Origin: Candidatus Woesearchaeota archaeon
GTDB lineage: Archaea > Nanobdellota > Nanobdellia > Woesearchaeales > JAGVZT01
NCBI GenBank assembly: GCA_018263355.1
Contig: JAANXH010000051.1
Span: 10,897-74,896 of the forward strand
Reading direction: 5' to 3'
Length of the DNA stretch: 64,000 bases
The notes under the pieces were generated by a model. The model made no database searches, was not told the origin of the DNA, and saw nothing but the letters and a program-made list of their open reading frames with translations. Shown piece by piece: positions 35,303-44,379 of the stretch; position 1 is the stretch's first letter, and each line of letters begins with the position of its first letter. A program made the position numbers and the translations under genes.

Positions 35303-36346
35303 ATGAAAGAAGGAAAAGCTGATTTAAAAATATATAAAGGTAAAATATCAAAAAAACTAAAAGTTTTTTACAATCCAGCTATGAAGTTAAACAGAGACAT
35401 TTCTATTTTGCTTTTAAATTGCCTTGGTAACAAATATATGCAAATTGCACTTCCACTTACAGGCTCAGGAGTAAGAGGAATAAGATTTTTGCTTGAACTA
35501 GATAAAAATGTTTATAAAAAAATAGTGTTCAATGATTACAGCAATAAATCAATTGAATTAATAAAACACAATATTAAGATCAATGAACTAGAAAAGGATT
35601 ATGAAATAAGTAACAAAGATGCAAATCTATTTTTACTTGAAAGCAAAGGTTTTGACTACATAGATATTGACCCTTTTGGAACACCTAACCCGTTTTTGGA
35701 AAGTTCAATTTTAAGGTTAGCAAGAGGAGGGATCTTGGCAGTTACAGCAACTGACACAAGTGCTTTGTCTGGGTCTTCTCCAAAAGCCTGCAAAAGAAAA
35801 TATTGGGCAAAACCTCTCAAAAACGAATTTATGCATGAGACAGGAATAAGAATATTAATAAGAAAAGTACAGCTTATTGGTGCAGCCTTTGAAAAAGCAT
35901 TAACTCCTATATTCTCTTATACTGATCAACACTATTATCGTGTTTTTTTTAAATGTAAGAAAGGAAAAAAGAAAGCAGATAAAATCCTGCAAAAGCACAA
36001 ATATCTTTTATACAATCCAAAAACTCTAGAAAGGGAGGTATCTGATTTTAATAACAAAAAAGGTTATGATTATGCTGGTCTTTTGTGGACAGGGAATTTG
36101 TGGGATACTAAACTTGCTGAGAAAATGTATTCTAAACATCAAATAAGTAACACACAGTTTCATAATCTTATTTCTTTAATAAAAGATGAATGTAAGATTA
36201 ACTCTGTTGGATATTGGGATTTACATAAATTGGCTAAAACAAAGGATAAACCTATTCCCAAAATTGAATCATTATTAAACAAGGATGCTACAAGGACTCA
36301 TTTTCTGGGATGGGGGATAAAGAGCAAGAATTCCCCAAAATTTTAA
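35303..36346 (+). CDS. trm1: tRNA (guanine26-N2)-dimethyltransferase Trm1
   Basis: VFYNPAMKLNRDISIL, LTGSGVRGIRF, DIDPFGTPNPFLESS are Trm1 signature segments. Confidence 0.8.
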   Translation: MKEGKADLKIYKGKISKKLKVFYNPAMKLNRDISILLLNCLGNKYMQIALPLTGSGVRGIRFLLELDKNVYKKIVFNDYSNKSIELIKHNIKINELEKDYEISNKDANLFLLESKGFDYIDIDPFGTPNPFLESSILRLARGGILAVTATDTSALSGSSPKACKRKYWAKPLKNEFMHETGIRILIRKVQLIGAAFEKALTPIFSYTDQHYYRVFFKCKKGKKKADKILQKHKYLLYNPKTLEREVSDFNNKKGYDYAGLLWTGNLWDTKLAEKMYSKHQISNTQFHNLISLIKDECKINSVGYWDLHKLAKTKDKPIPKIESLLNKDATRTHFLGWGIKSKNSPKF

Positions 36347-37500
36347 TCTTTATTGTATCCAAGTACAAATACGGCGTTTTCTTTTTCTGGATGATACATC
36401 TGTAAAGTATCTGGATAAAAACCTATTCCTTCATTAAAAGGGACTGCGTATAGTTCATTAATCTCAGCAAGATTCTTATTTATATGAGGATATCTAAATG
36501 CCCCAGGCAGGTGAAATCCCCTCTGGACACCGACTACTTGTTCTCTCTCAATTCTAACATTTGGTATTGATGTTGCAAAACAATATAATGGATTTTCATC
36601 TGGATGTTGAGGAGCTACTTTTTCACCATATATTCTCTCAAGTGCATTTGCAATATCTAACTGTGAAGTTTTACTATCTGCTGCACAATAATTGTAAATA
36701 AAACCTAACCCATATGTACGCATTTTACCATCGTGAGAGATGCTACCAAAATCTGAAGTTAATACATTACGTGTCCTAGCCAATTCTTTAACACGTCTCA
36801 TAAGTGTAAGCTCTGGCGAGTGTAGGTTTGCTGCAACTCTTTTATATTCCTGTTCTTGAAAAACACCTATGGAAACCACAAATAATACATTAGGAAATCT
36901 GCTCCACACTTCATAAAGGCGAGACTTTCTTATCATTTCATCATCCAAATTATGATTTTCAACATCTAATCCTTCATGAATCAGCCAGGGAAACAAAAGT
37001 GCATTTGTAGGAGCTCTTACAAACCTTTCCCTTTTAGAATATGCATATATCGGATATTGTCTGTTTATTGCACCATAATCTTGTACTAATTTGTCTACTT
37101 GCTTAGAAACAAGCTTTTCTAGAAAATCTACTCCTCTTAGTTCTCTTAGCTGACTTTGAGAAAGAAGTTGGTTTTGATATGCAATCTGTCTAATCTGTTC
37201 ATCGAGCAATAATACTTCTCCACCGCTATCAGTAAATTGAAGTGCTGGGCTGATTAAATCAGTTAATGCCAATGCAGCTTGATCATCAATAATTTCTGTA
37301 CTATTATTTTCAGAAAATAATGGAAAATTAACAGCACAATGTTTACAGCCAAAGAGATTACACTTTGATGTTAGAAATAAACTCAATGTATTTATGCCTT
37401 GAAACAAAGCAGGGATATTTCCTTCAGCAAAGGAATCACCTAACCGAAAATACTTGTAATTTTCTGACAAATCTAATAATTCAAAGGACATTTTTCTCAC
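36343..37500 (-). CDS. Radical-SAM-like protein with non-canonical CX4CX2C cluster motif
   Basis: TSKCNLFGCKHCAV (C-x4-C-x2-C) is followed by FTDSGGEVLLLDEQ (a GGEP-like SAM motif). The gene looks Q/L/R-richer and higher in GC than its neighbours. Confidence 0.45.
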   Translation of the reverse strand: MRKMSFELLDLSENYKYFRLGDSFAEGNIPALFQGINTLSLFLTSKCNLFGCKHCAVNFPLFSENNSTEIIDDQAALALTDLISPALQFTDSGGEVLLLDEQIRQIAYQNQLLSQSQLRELRGVDFLEKLVSKQVDKLVQDYGAINRQYPIYAYSKRERFVRAPTNALLFPWLIHEGLDVENHNLDDEMIRKSRLYEVWSRFPNVLFVVSIGVFQEQEYKRVAANLHSPELTLMRRVKELARTRNVLTSDFGSISHDGKMRTYGLGFIYNYCAADSKTSQLDIANALERIYGEKVAPQHPDENPLYCFATSIPNVRIEREQVVGVQRGFHLPGAFRYPHINKNLAEINELYAVPFNEGIGFYPDTLQMYHPEKENAVFVLGYNKD

Positions 37501-37599
37501 GTTATAAGATTGATGAATTCTATCTTGTATTGATTTTGTATGTCACACTATTGTGTTATCACCAATTTTTTAGATATAAAATAAATTCAAAGCAAAACT

Positions 37600-37875
37600 T
37601 TATCCAATAGCACGTCTAACATCTGTTACTTCTGCTGATGCAACATTCTCCATTGCTTCAACTTCCTGCTCTAAATCATCAACTGAACCTTTTGACTCCT
37701 CTCTTACAAAGAAAATACTTAGTGATTTTAAACCAAAAGCAACTGGTTGGATATCTACTTTTCCAACTTCGCCATCTGCTGCAGATATTTTTTCTTTTAT
37801 CTGTGATTGCAGCTTATCCAAATCTATTTCAGGAGATGCTGGCATTACTTTTAATGTTATAATTACGTCTGCCAT
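37600..37875 (-). CDS. Translation elongation factor aEF-1 beta
   Basis: MADVIITLKVMPASPEIDLDKL... is the canonical aEF-1beta N-terminus; 91 aa. Confidence 0.9.
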   Translation of the reverse strand: MADVIITLKVMPASPEIDLDKLQSQIKEKISAADGEVGKVDIQPVAFGLKSLSIFFVREESKGSVDDLEQEVEAMENVASAEVTDVRRAIG

Positions 37876-37877
37876 TT

Positions 37878-38054
37878 TTAGTTAGGTCCTTCAAATCCAC
37901 ATTCAGTACACTTGTATCTTGAAGCTTTTTCTCTACAGTGCTTACACCTTGTTACAGTTGTTTTTCCACACTTTGGGCATGGAAAGCTTACTGTTGCGGG
38001 ATCATTTGTAACTCTTTTACCACATGAAGTGCATTTTAATTCTTTCTTAGTCAT
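37878..38054 (-). CDS. Zn-ribbon RNA-binding protein (COG2888-like)
   Basis: Not in the ORF track. Manual translation gives MTKKELKCTSCGKRVTNDPATVSFPCPKCGKTTVTRCKHCREKASRYKCTECGFEGPN with three CxxC pairs. It sits 2 nt upstream of aEF-1beta, a conserved archaeal pairing. Confidence 0.7.
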   Translation of the reverse strand: MTKKELKCTSCGKRVTNDPATVSFPCPKCGKTTVTRCKHCREKASRYKCTECGFEGPN

Positions 38055-38311
38055 GTATATTAGGAGTTTTGTTTTGCTTTTAAAGCTTATGGTTTTCTTT
38101 TACTAATTACCTTAACTTATATAAGCCAATACACAGATATATTAGAAAAACTTATATATTCAAGATTTAGGATTAAACTTATGGAAAAAAAAGGTACTTT
38201 TAATTGGGCAAATCAAAAGTTAATTGTATTAGCTATTGTAATTATTGGGATTATACTTTTATTATTTTTCTTTAGAACTAAATTAAAAAGTTTATTACAC
38301 TTATAGTAAAA

Positions 38312-38941
38312 ATGAAAAAAAGAGGAGAGTTTACCCCCACAAAGGTCTTAGCAGTAATTATTCTCACATTAATTGCTGGACTTGCAATATGGCAAACTAC
38401 CAAGGCAGCTGGAACAGATACTTCAATATATGTTGATGATCGTATTTGCGCTGGTTCTATTGCTGTTGCAACAAAAGAAAAAATCCCTGATTTTAACTGT
38501 GAAGCACAAAGATTAACAATAATTAAAGAGGATTTTGATAAAGGTGATAATGTTACAAGAGAGCTTGCTAATAAGATGATAGAATTTTGGTACACAGTAG
38601 GTGCAGGCGAAAATCAACCTTACCCATTAAAAAGCACATTTAATGAAGTATGTTTGATAGGCTACATAATTGAATTTAAAGATATTAATAATATTAAAGG
38701 GATGGATTTATTTATGACACAGAATGAGGTACGTGGTAAAAAATATCACGAACACTTATATTCCAGAGCTGCAACAGATGAAGAGATTCAAGAGTTTGAA
38801 AAACAGGAAGACATTATTGATACTTCTGTTTCCCAAGCAATAGTTTGGAGGGTTAACAGGATAGGATCTCACGACTATCAATCAATGGAAATTATTCCCT
38901 ATCAACAGTTAGATAAAAAATGCAGTATTGTGATGAATTAA
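38312..38941 (+). CDS. Secreted protein with class III (prepilin-like) signal peptide
   Basis: MKKRGEFTPTKVLAVIILTLIAGLAIW N-terminus. Two Cys in the soluble domain. Confidence 0.45.
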   Translation: MKKRGEFTPTKVLAVIILTLIAGLAIWQTTKAAGTDTSIYVDDRICAGSIAVATKEKIPDFNCEAQRLTIIKEDFDKGDNVTRELANKMIEFWYTVGAGENQPYPLKSTFNEVCLIGYIIEFKDINNIKGMDLFMTQNEVRGKKYHEHLYSRAATDEEIQEFEKQEDIIDTSVSQAIVWRVNRIGSHDYQSMEIIPYQQLDKKCSIVMN

Positions 38942-38942
38942 A

Positions 38943-39806
38943 ATGATACCTTGGTATGTATATGCAATAGGAGGTGTTTGTTTTTCAGCAGCTTTTGTAG
39001 TTTTGCGGAAAAAAGCCTTGGGTTCAGAACACTCTCTAAATTTTGAATCAACCAGATTACTAATTAATGCTCTTTTATGCTTAATATTATTCCCTTTACT
39101 TGATTTTAATTTTGACTTAAAGTTTATTTTATTAATGTATCTAAACTCTATTTTTGGTACAATAGGGATTTTGCTTGCTTCCAGAGCACTCAGACATGGT
39201 CAGATATCATTAATTACTCCTTTAGGAAATATTAAACCTGTATTTGTATCCTTGCTGGCTTTTCTTTTTTTGGGAGAATCCATAACTTTAATTCAGGGAA
39301 TGGGAATTTTGATTATACTTATTTCAATGTATCTGCTTGAATCAGACCACCATGTTTCAAATCTTGTGCATCCAATCAAAAATTTGACAAAGGATCACTA
39401 CAGCATACTGTTTATCTTGGCCTATGTGTTGTTTAGTATTGGAAATATTTTTGACAAATTTTTTGTCAGTGAAGTTAATATTTACACTTACGGAACCATA
39501 TTATGGTTCTTCTTGGCACTTAATATGAATCTATACCATGGGATAGTGCATGGATTCAAAGAAGTAATAACCTGCATGAAAAATAATAAATTGGTTTTTC
39601 TGGTTTCATTGTTTTCAATAATAAGCTGGTTTTTGGGACTTAAGGCAGTTTCAATGGCATATGTTTCATTAGTAGCACCAGTCTTGACTCTATCTTCATT
39701 ATTTGTAATAATTTTTGGGGGTAAGTTTTTTGAAGAAAAATACCTCTATTTTAGATTAGGTATGGCTTGTTTAATGATAATTGGATCATATCTGGTGATC
39801 GCATGA
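38943..39806 (+). CDS. EamA/DMT-family transporter
   Basis: 287 aa with about ten TM helices in two similar halves, typical of the DMT superfamily. Confidence 0.55.
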   Translation: MIPWYVYAIGGVCFSAAFVVLRKKALGSEHSLNFESTRLLINALLCLILFPLLDFNFDLKFILLMYLNSIFGTIGILLASRALRHGQISLITPLGNIKPVFVSLLAFLFLGESITLIQGMGILIILISMYLLESDHHVSNLVHPIKNLTKDHYSILFILAYVLFSIGNIFDKFFVSEVNIYTYGTILWFFLALNMNLYHGIVHGFKEVITCMKNNKLVFLVSLFSIISWFLGLKAVSMAYVSLVAPVLTLSSLFVIIFGGKFFEEKYLYFRLGMACLMIIGSYLVIA

Positions 39807-40729
39807 ATAAAAAAGCAATGGCTATGAGTACAATTGCATTGGCAATACTTGTTTTTATTATAGGTTTACTAATTATATTTTTTATTTCAAATTCTATGAA
39901 TGATGGAGAACAATATACAGACAGAAAATTATGCGAAAAAAGCATTGATGCAAGTTCCAATAAATTAAGAGAAGAAATGAATGGACTATTTGATCCACAT
40001 GGAAATTCAGTTAAACTGGAATGTTCTACAGAATATATTAACTACAAAGAAAAAGATCCTGAAAAGATTAAAAGAATTATTGCAAATAAAATGTATGATT
40101 GCTGGGATATGTATGGGGAAGGGGAGAAGGAAATTTTTGAAACTAAGGATGGAGCGTTTTGTGCAGTATGTTCTAGATTAACTTTTAAAAAAGAGGTTGA
40201 GGTTAATGATTTTTTATTGTATTTGAGAGATACAGATATCCCAAACAAACCAATCAAATATTGGGAGTATTTTATGGGATCAGAAGTAAAAAAATTTAGG
40301 ACAGAGTATTATGAGAATACAGAACTTGAAAAATATGATAAGTTCAGCACTTCTGAACCTATTGCTATTGTGTATTATATGAACAAAGATGCATTTCCAG
40401 GAATAACTGGGGATTTACTCGAAAATTTCCAGAGCACAAAAAAAGTTCAGGCAATTAAGGGAGGGGGAGTAGGTATAGCAACTGGGTTAGTAGGAGGTGT
40501 AATTGCTTGCGTGGCCGGTGCCCCGGTTTGTGGAGCCGCAGGTATTTTTATTGCTGCCACTACTGTGGGGGGGTTTTTAATAGGAACTGGTGGGGGCTAC
40601 ACTATAGGTTCTGACCGGAGTGCAGATTGGGATGCAAGAATTTTATTAACAGGATATGAAAATTTAGATAAGTTAGAATGCACAAGATTAGAATCTAAAT
40701 CAACACCCTTAGACGTTATCCAAAAATAA
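39803..40729 (+). CDS. Pilin-like protein with C-terminal glycine-zipper TM segment
   Basis: Start moved to MNKKAMAMSTIALAILVFIIGLLIIFFI (ATGA overlap with the EamA stop). The C-terminal GGGVGIATGLVGGVIACVAGAPVCGAAGIFIAATTVGGFLIGTGGG is a Gly-zipper. Confidence 0.4.
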   Translation: MNKKAMAMSTIALAILVFIIGLLIIFFISNSMNDGEQYTDRKLCEKSIDASSNKLREEMNGLFDPHGNSVKLECSTEYINYKEKDPEKIKRIIANKMYDCWDMYGEGEKEIFETKDGAFCAVCSRLTFKKEVEVNDFLLYLRDTDIPNKPIKYWEYFMGSEVKKFRTEYYENTELEKYDKFSTSEPIAIVYYMNKDAFPGITGDLLENFQSTKKVQAIKGGGVGIATGLVGGVIACVAGAPVCGAAGIFIAATTVGGFLIGTGGGYTIGSDRSADWDARILLTGYENLDKLECTRLESKSTPLDVIQK

Positions 40730-40913
40730 TATAAACAAAAGAATTATTGTGTATCAAAATGAGGAAAAAAGCAGAATTAAGTTTTGTTTGGTCAAAGTTA
40801 ATAAACATTGCATTAGTTTTAGCATTATTAATTATATTAATATTAGCGGTTTATTTTCTAAATGACAATTCAAAGGATATCTGGAAGTCTATTAGTAATA
40901 TTTTGAGGTTCAC

Positions 40914-41954
40914 ATGAATAAAAAAGCTATTGCCACTTTTTCAATAATAATTGTTGCTGCTATTTCTTTAATAGTACTAATTGCTGTAGGTAGTCAAATT
41001 AGGAAAGTGAATGAAGGTATGGGTTTTTTTGGTAATTTAAAGTCTTGGGTATTTGGTGAGAGTGAAAAAAGTGATTTAATTGAAGAATTTAAAGTAGAAA
41101 AAAAACTAGGGAAGAGAGTGATGATTCAATGGAGGTTAGATCCCGTAGTGGAGAAGGACGCAGACTTCTACCCAGAATTATATTATTGGGATTCTCCAAG
41201 CAATAAAAAACCAATTGAATTAAAAGGTGTTACATCAAAAGATAGAATACACACTCTTTACTATGAATTACCTAATTATAAGGATCACACAATCTCCTTG
41301 CAAATATTTAGAGAGTCAGAAGAATCTTTAGAGTCAGAAGGATTTATAGATTTAGAAAAAGTAGAAGAGGATACAGAAGAACTAGCTGATGAGGATGAAA
41401 TAACAGTTAGTTTTAGACAGGAGATGGACCATACAACATTTACAGATTTTACAGGTTTAATTGATAATTATATTGGTTATAATCTTTTAGAAAAAGGAGA
41501 ATCAGAAATAGTATTTCCACATTATTGGCTAGAAAAAGATTACATGGTTGTAGGATTTTCAGACGCAAATGCTCAAAGAAAAAAATGTGGGTTTGGTTCT
41601 ACAACAATATTAAGACCTCCTGAGTGCGCAGGTAAATCCTGTTTATGCTTGTGTAAAGGACATTCATTTAATTCATGCCAAAAAACTTACTTGTGTGAAT
41701 CTTTTGATGGTATAGATATTGTTGCAAAAGAACCAATAGAAAAGAGTTCAAAGAAAGTTTCAAGAGGAAAAAAAATTGAAAGATGGAGAGATCAGAAAGA
41801 TATTCACATAGTGTTTATGGGAAAATGTGGAGTAGGTAAAAAATGGAATAATCATAATAGAGACTTGAAATTAGTTTTCAGTAAGGAGATTAGAAAATTG
41901 GAAAATTTCGACACGCCAATCAATGCAAAAGTGATTTATATTGATATACAATAG
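40914..41954 (+). CDS. Pilin-like secreted protein, Cys-rich (CLCLC motif)
   Basis: MNKKAIATFSIIIVAAISLIVLIAV N-terminus. The motif ECAGKSCLCLCKGHSFNSCQKTYLC is shared with the 42214 gene. Confidence 0.45.
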   Translation: MNKKAIATFSIIIVAAISLIVLIAVGSQIRKVNEGMGFFGNLKSWVFGESEKSDLIEEFKVEKKLGKRVMIQWRLDPVVEKDADFYPELYYWDSPSNKKPIELKGVTSKDRIHTLYYELPNYKDHTISLQIFRESEESLESEGFIDLEKVEEDTEELADEDEITVSFRQEMDHTTFTDFTGLIDNYIGYNLLEKGESEIVFPHYWLEKDYMVVGFSDANAQRKKCGFGSTTILRPPECAGKSCLCLCKGHSFNSCQKTYLCESFDGIDIVAKEPIEKSSKKVSRGKKIERWRDQKDIHIVFMGKCGVGKKWNNHNRDLKLVFSKEIRKLENFDTPINAKVIYIDIQ

Positions 41955-41962
41955 GTGATAAA

Positions 41963-42217
41963 ATGAAAAAGAAAGGAGTAGAACTGACTTTAAATACAAT
42001 AATTATTGCAGCAATATGCATAATAGTATTAATAGTTGTGCTGGCAATTTTCACAAATTTATTTTCAGGAATAGGTAAGGATATTGATAAACTCGCAAAA
42101 TGCAAAGCAATGGGTAAAAACACAGGATCTTGTGTTGCAGAAAATGATGAAAATAAGAATTGTATGCCTGGGTTTGGAGGTTGTAAACCAAACCAATTTT
42201 GTTGTTGGTCAGGATGA
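41963..42217 (+). CDS. Small pilin-like protein, Cys-rich C-terminus
   Basis: MKKKGVELTLNTIIIAAICIIVLIVVLAIF is a strongly type IV pilin-like N-terminus. C-terminal CKAMGKNTGSCVAENDENKNCMPGFGGCKPNQFCCWSG. Confidence 0.5.
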   Translation: MKKKGVELTLNTIIIAAICIIVLIVVLAIFTNLFSGIGKDIDKLAKCKAMGKNTGSCVAENDENKNCMPGFGGCKPNQFCCWSG

Positions 42218-42882
42218 AAAAGAAAGGAGGGATAGAATTATCATTAGTCCAAATATTTGGCCTAGTAATCTTAGCTTCTATTCTAATTATAATGCTCCCA
42301 AAAATATTTGGGGTACAGAATTGGCTTATACAAACTATCAAAAATATGGTTGCTAAACCAAATGTATTTAATCTTGCATCAGAACATAATTTTAACCGAT
42401 TAAATAAAGATATCTCTAGCTTTATTGATTCTAAAAAACAAAAAGACAGTATATCAATACCTTATACATTGGGTAAAAAATACTCTTTAATAGGTTTTAA
42501 TGAAAATGATATTACAAATGAATGTTTCAAAAAATACAGTAAACCCTATATTTGCAAAAATGACGCTTGTTTATGCTTGTGTGAAAATAATAAAGAAAAA
42601 ACGTGTATTAACTGTAAAAAATATGATATCCGAAGAAGAAAAGTTTATTTTATTGGTGGAGAGGATAAGATAAATAATTGTTTTGAAGGTGATGCAATGA
42701 ACAAGATTGACCCAGTTACAAGAGACACAGCTTATTGCATGCAAATAGATGGAGGAAAATGGATAGATATCAATTGGAAAACTAGTAACCTCTATATTGA
42801 AAAAATCACAGATAATGAAAATTATGAAGTATTTATTTATATAGGAAGAGAAGATGATTCTAAAAACCGCATATCTGGCTAG
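42214..42882 (+). CDS. Pilin-like secreted protein, Cys-rich (CLCLC motif) paralog
   Basis: MKKKGGIELSLVQIFGLVILASILIIMLP N-terminus (ATGA overlap with the upstream stop). Motif KNDACLCLCENNKEKTCINC. Confidence 0.45.
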   Translation: MKKKGGIELSLVQIFGLVILASILIIMLPKIFGVQNWLIQTIKNMVAKPNVFNLASEHNFNRLNKDISSFIDSKKQKDSISIPYTLGKKYSLIGFNENDITNECFKKYSKPYICKNDACLCLCENNKEKTCINCKKYDIRRRKVYFIGGEDKINNCFEGDAMNKIDPVTRDTAYCMQIDGGKWIDINWKTSNLYIEKITDNENYEVFIYIGREDDSKNRISG

Positions 42883-42924
42883 TTTTCAAAAATAATATAA
42901 ATACCTAATTCTAAGATTCCATTA

Positions 42925-43338
42925 ATGATACAAAAGAGGTTGAATAAAAGAGCTATGACTACTGAAATAATGTATCTAATTTTGGATTTACTAATCGCAA
43001 GTATATTTCTTTTATTTTTGACTGGATTTATTTATTCAAGTGTCAAAGGAAACACAATTTTTGTAAAAAACTATATTACTAGAGATATTGCTCTAATGAT
43101 TGAAACAGGCGTTGCAAGTCCACATTATCTTAAGTATATTTATCAGGAAAATGTTACAGATTTCTCGATTAGTGTATCTAATAATAAAGTCAATATATGG
43201 GATGGAGGTAAAGAGAATAATGTTCCAAATACTTACTCTTATGCATATATTAAAGATCATGAATTTAACTATGGTCCTGAAAACAATAATCTGCTTGTTT
43301 TCTTAAATAAAGAGGTGTTTATTGTAGATGGAGAGTAA
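42925..43338 (+). CDS. Pilin-like protein
   Basis: MIQKRLNKRAMTTEIMYLILDLLIASIFLLFL N-terminus. Confidence 0.4.
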   Translation: MIQKRLNKRAMTTEIMYLILDLLIASIFLLFLTGFIYSSVKGNTIFVKNYITRDIALMIETGVASPHYLKYIYQENVTDFSISVSNNKVNIWDGGKENNVPNTYSYAYIKDHEFNYGPENNNLLVFLNKEVFIVDGE

Positions 43339-43840
43339 ATCTGGAGAGATTACTTTTAATCAAATATCGCGAATGATTAGATATATCCTTACATTATTTA
43401 TAGCATTGAGCATAGTCTTGCTAATAAGAAATACACTTATTGTTAACATAAATATACAGGAAATACAAAGCCAAGTTATTTTCAATAATATTTTCTATTC
43501 AAAAAAATGCTTTTCTTATCAGGACCCAGAGCTTAATAGAATTGTTCCTGGAACTATTGATTTAAACAAATTTACTGAAGATACAATAAACAACTGTTTA
43601 TATTTTGGAGAACCAAATAATATGGCTGCTGCTTTAGTTACATTAGTATCAATTAAAGATGGTACTGAAACAGATTTGTATTACAATAAAGAGGGCTATG
43701 AGATACTTGAACCAAGAACTAGTTTTGATGGAACTGGAGCAGCAAAATCATTCTCACATACAAAGTATGTATTTATTAAATCAGAAGATTCAATCAGTCC
43801 AGGAGTGTTATATATAAAATTAATTTTACCAGAACAATGA
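43328..43840 (+). CDS. Pilin-like protein
   Basis: MESKSGEITFNQISRMIRYILTLFIALSIVLLI N-terminus. Overlaps the upstream gene. Confidence 0.4.
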   Translation: MESKSGEITFNQISRMIRYILTLFIALSIVLLIRNTLIVNINIQEIQSQVIFNNIFYSKKCFSYQDPELNRIVPGTIDLNKFTEDTINNCLYFGEPNNMAAALVTLVSIKDGTETDLYYNKEGYEILEPRTSFDGTGAAKSFSHTKYVFIKSEDSISPGVLYIKLILPEQ

Positions 43841-44379
43841 ACAAAAAAGGATTTTACACAGATTACATACCAGATATTATATCCTGGGCAGCATATGTAT
43901 TAATTTTTATACTTTTTGTTATATTGTTTACTATTAGATTTTCAGGATGTAAAAATCTGGGAGACACAAGATCAGAACACGAACTAATTGGAAAATTTGA
44001 GGGTTCACTAAACAAGAACCAGATTTTATTAAGTTTTCTGAAGACTAAAGTTCAAATTAATGAAAGAGACAAAACCATAGCTGAACTAATTATAATCTCA
44101 ATGCAAGAAGATAATTTTGATGTGTTTGAATCAGTATTCAAAGAAACAATCGGTGAATATGATAGTCTGGCAAATAGCAAATGTTCTCAAATAACAATAA
44201 TATACCAAAATAAAATTATAAAAACTGTAACAACAGAATCCTGTAAAGAAAAAGCACTCAATACTGGGGATATCAAAAAAGGTAATTTAGGCAAAGTAAT
44301 TATTCCAAGATATTATGCAGATTCTTTAGATGGTGTTTTAGTAGCACTTGTACAAGGTGAGGAAGAAGATGAAGAATAA
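43837..44379 (+). CDS. Pilin-like protein
   Basis: MNKKGFYTDYIPDIISWAAYVLIFILFVILF N-terminus. Its start overlaps the previous stop. Confidence 0.4.
   Translation: MNKKGFYTDYIPDIISWAAYVLIFILFVILFTIRFSGCKNLGDTRSEHELIGKFEGSLNKNQILLSFLKTKVQINERDKTIAELIIISMQEDNFDVFESVFKETIGEYDSLANSKCSQITIIYQNKIIKTVTTESCKEKALNTGDIKKGNLGKVIIPRYYADSLDGVLVALVQGEEEDEE

Noticed and set aside
37365-38106. Plus-strand ORFs 37365-37610, 37638-37862 and 37912-38106
   Set aside because: They are antisense to, or overlap, the rSAM-like gene, aEF-1beta and the Zn-ribbon gene respectively. Their hydrophobic or low-complexity products have no support.
42051-42356. Overlapping ORFs 42051-42341 (minus) and 42084-42356 (plus)
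   Set aside because: They conflict with the well-supported pilin-like genes 41963-42217 and 42214-42882 and have no class III signal or motif.
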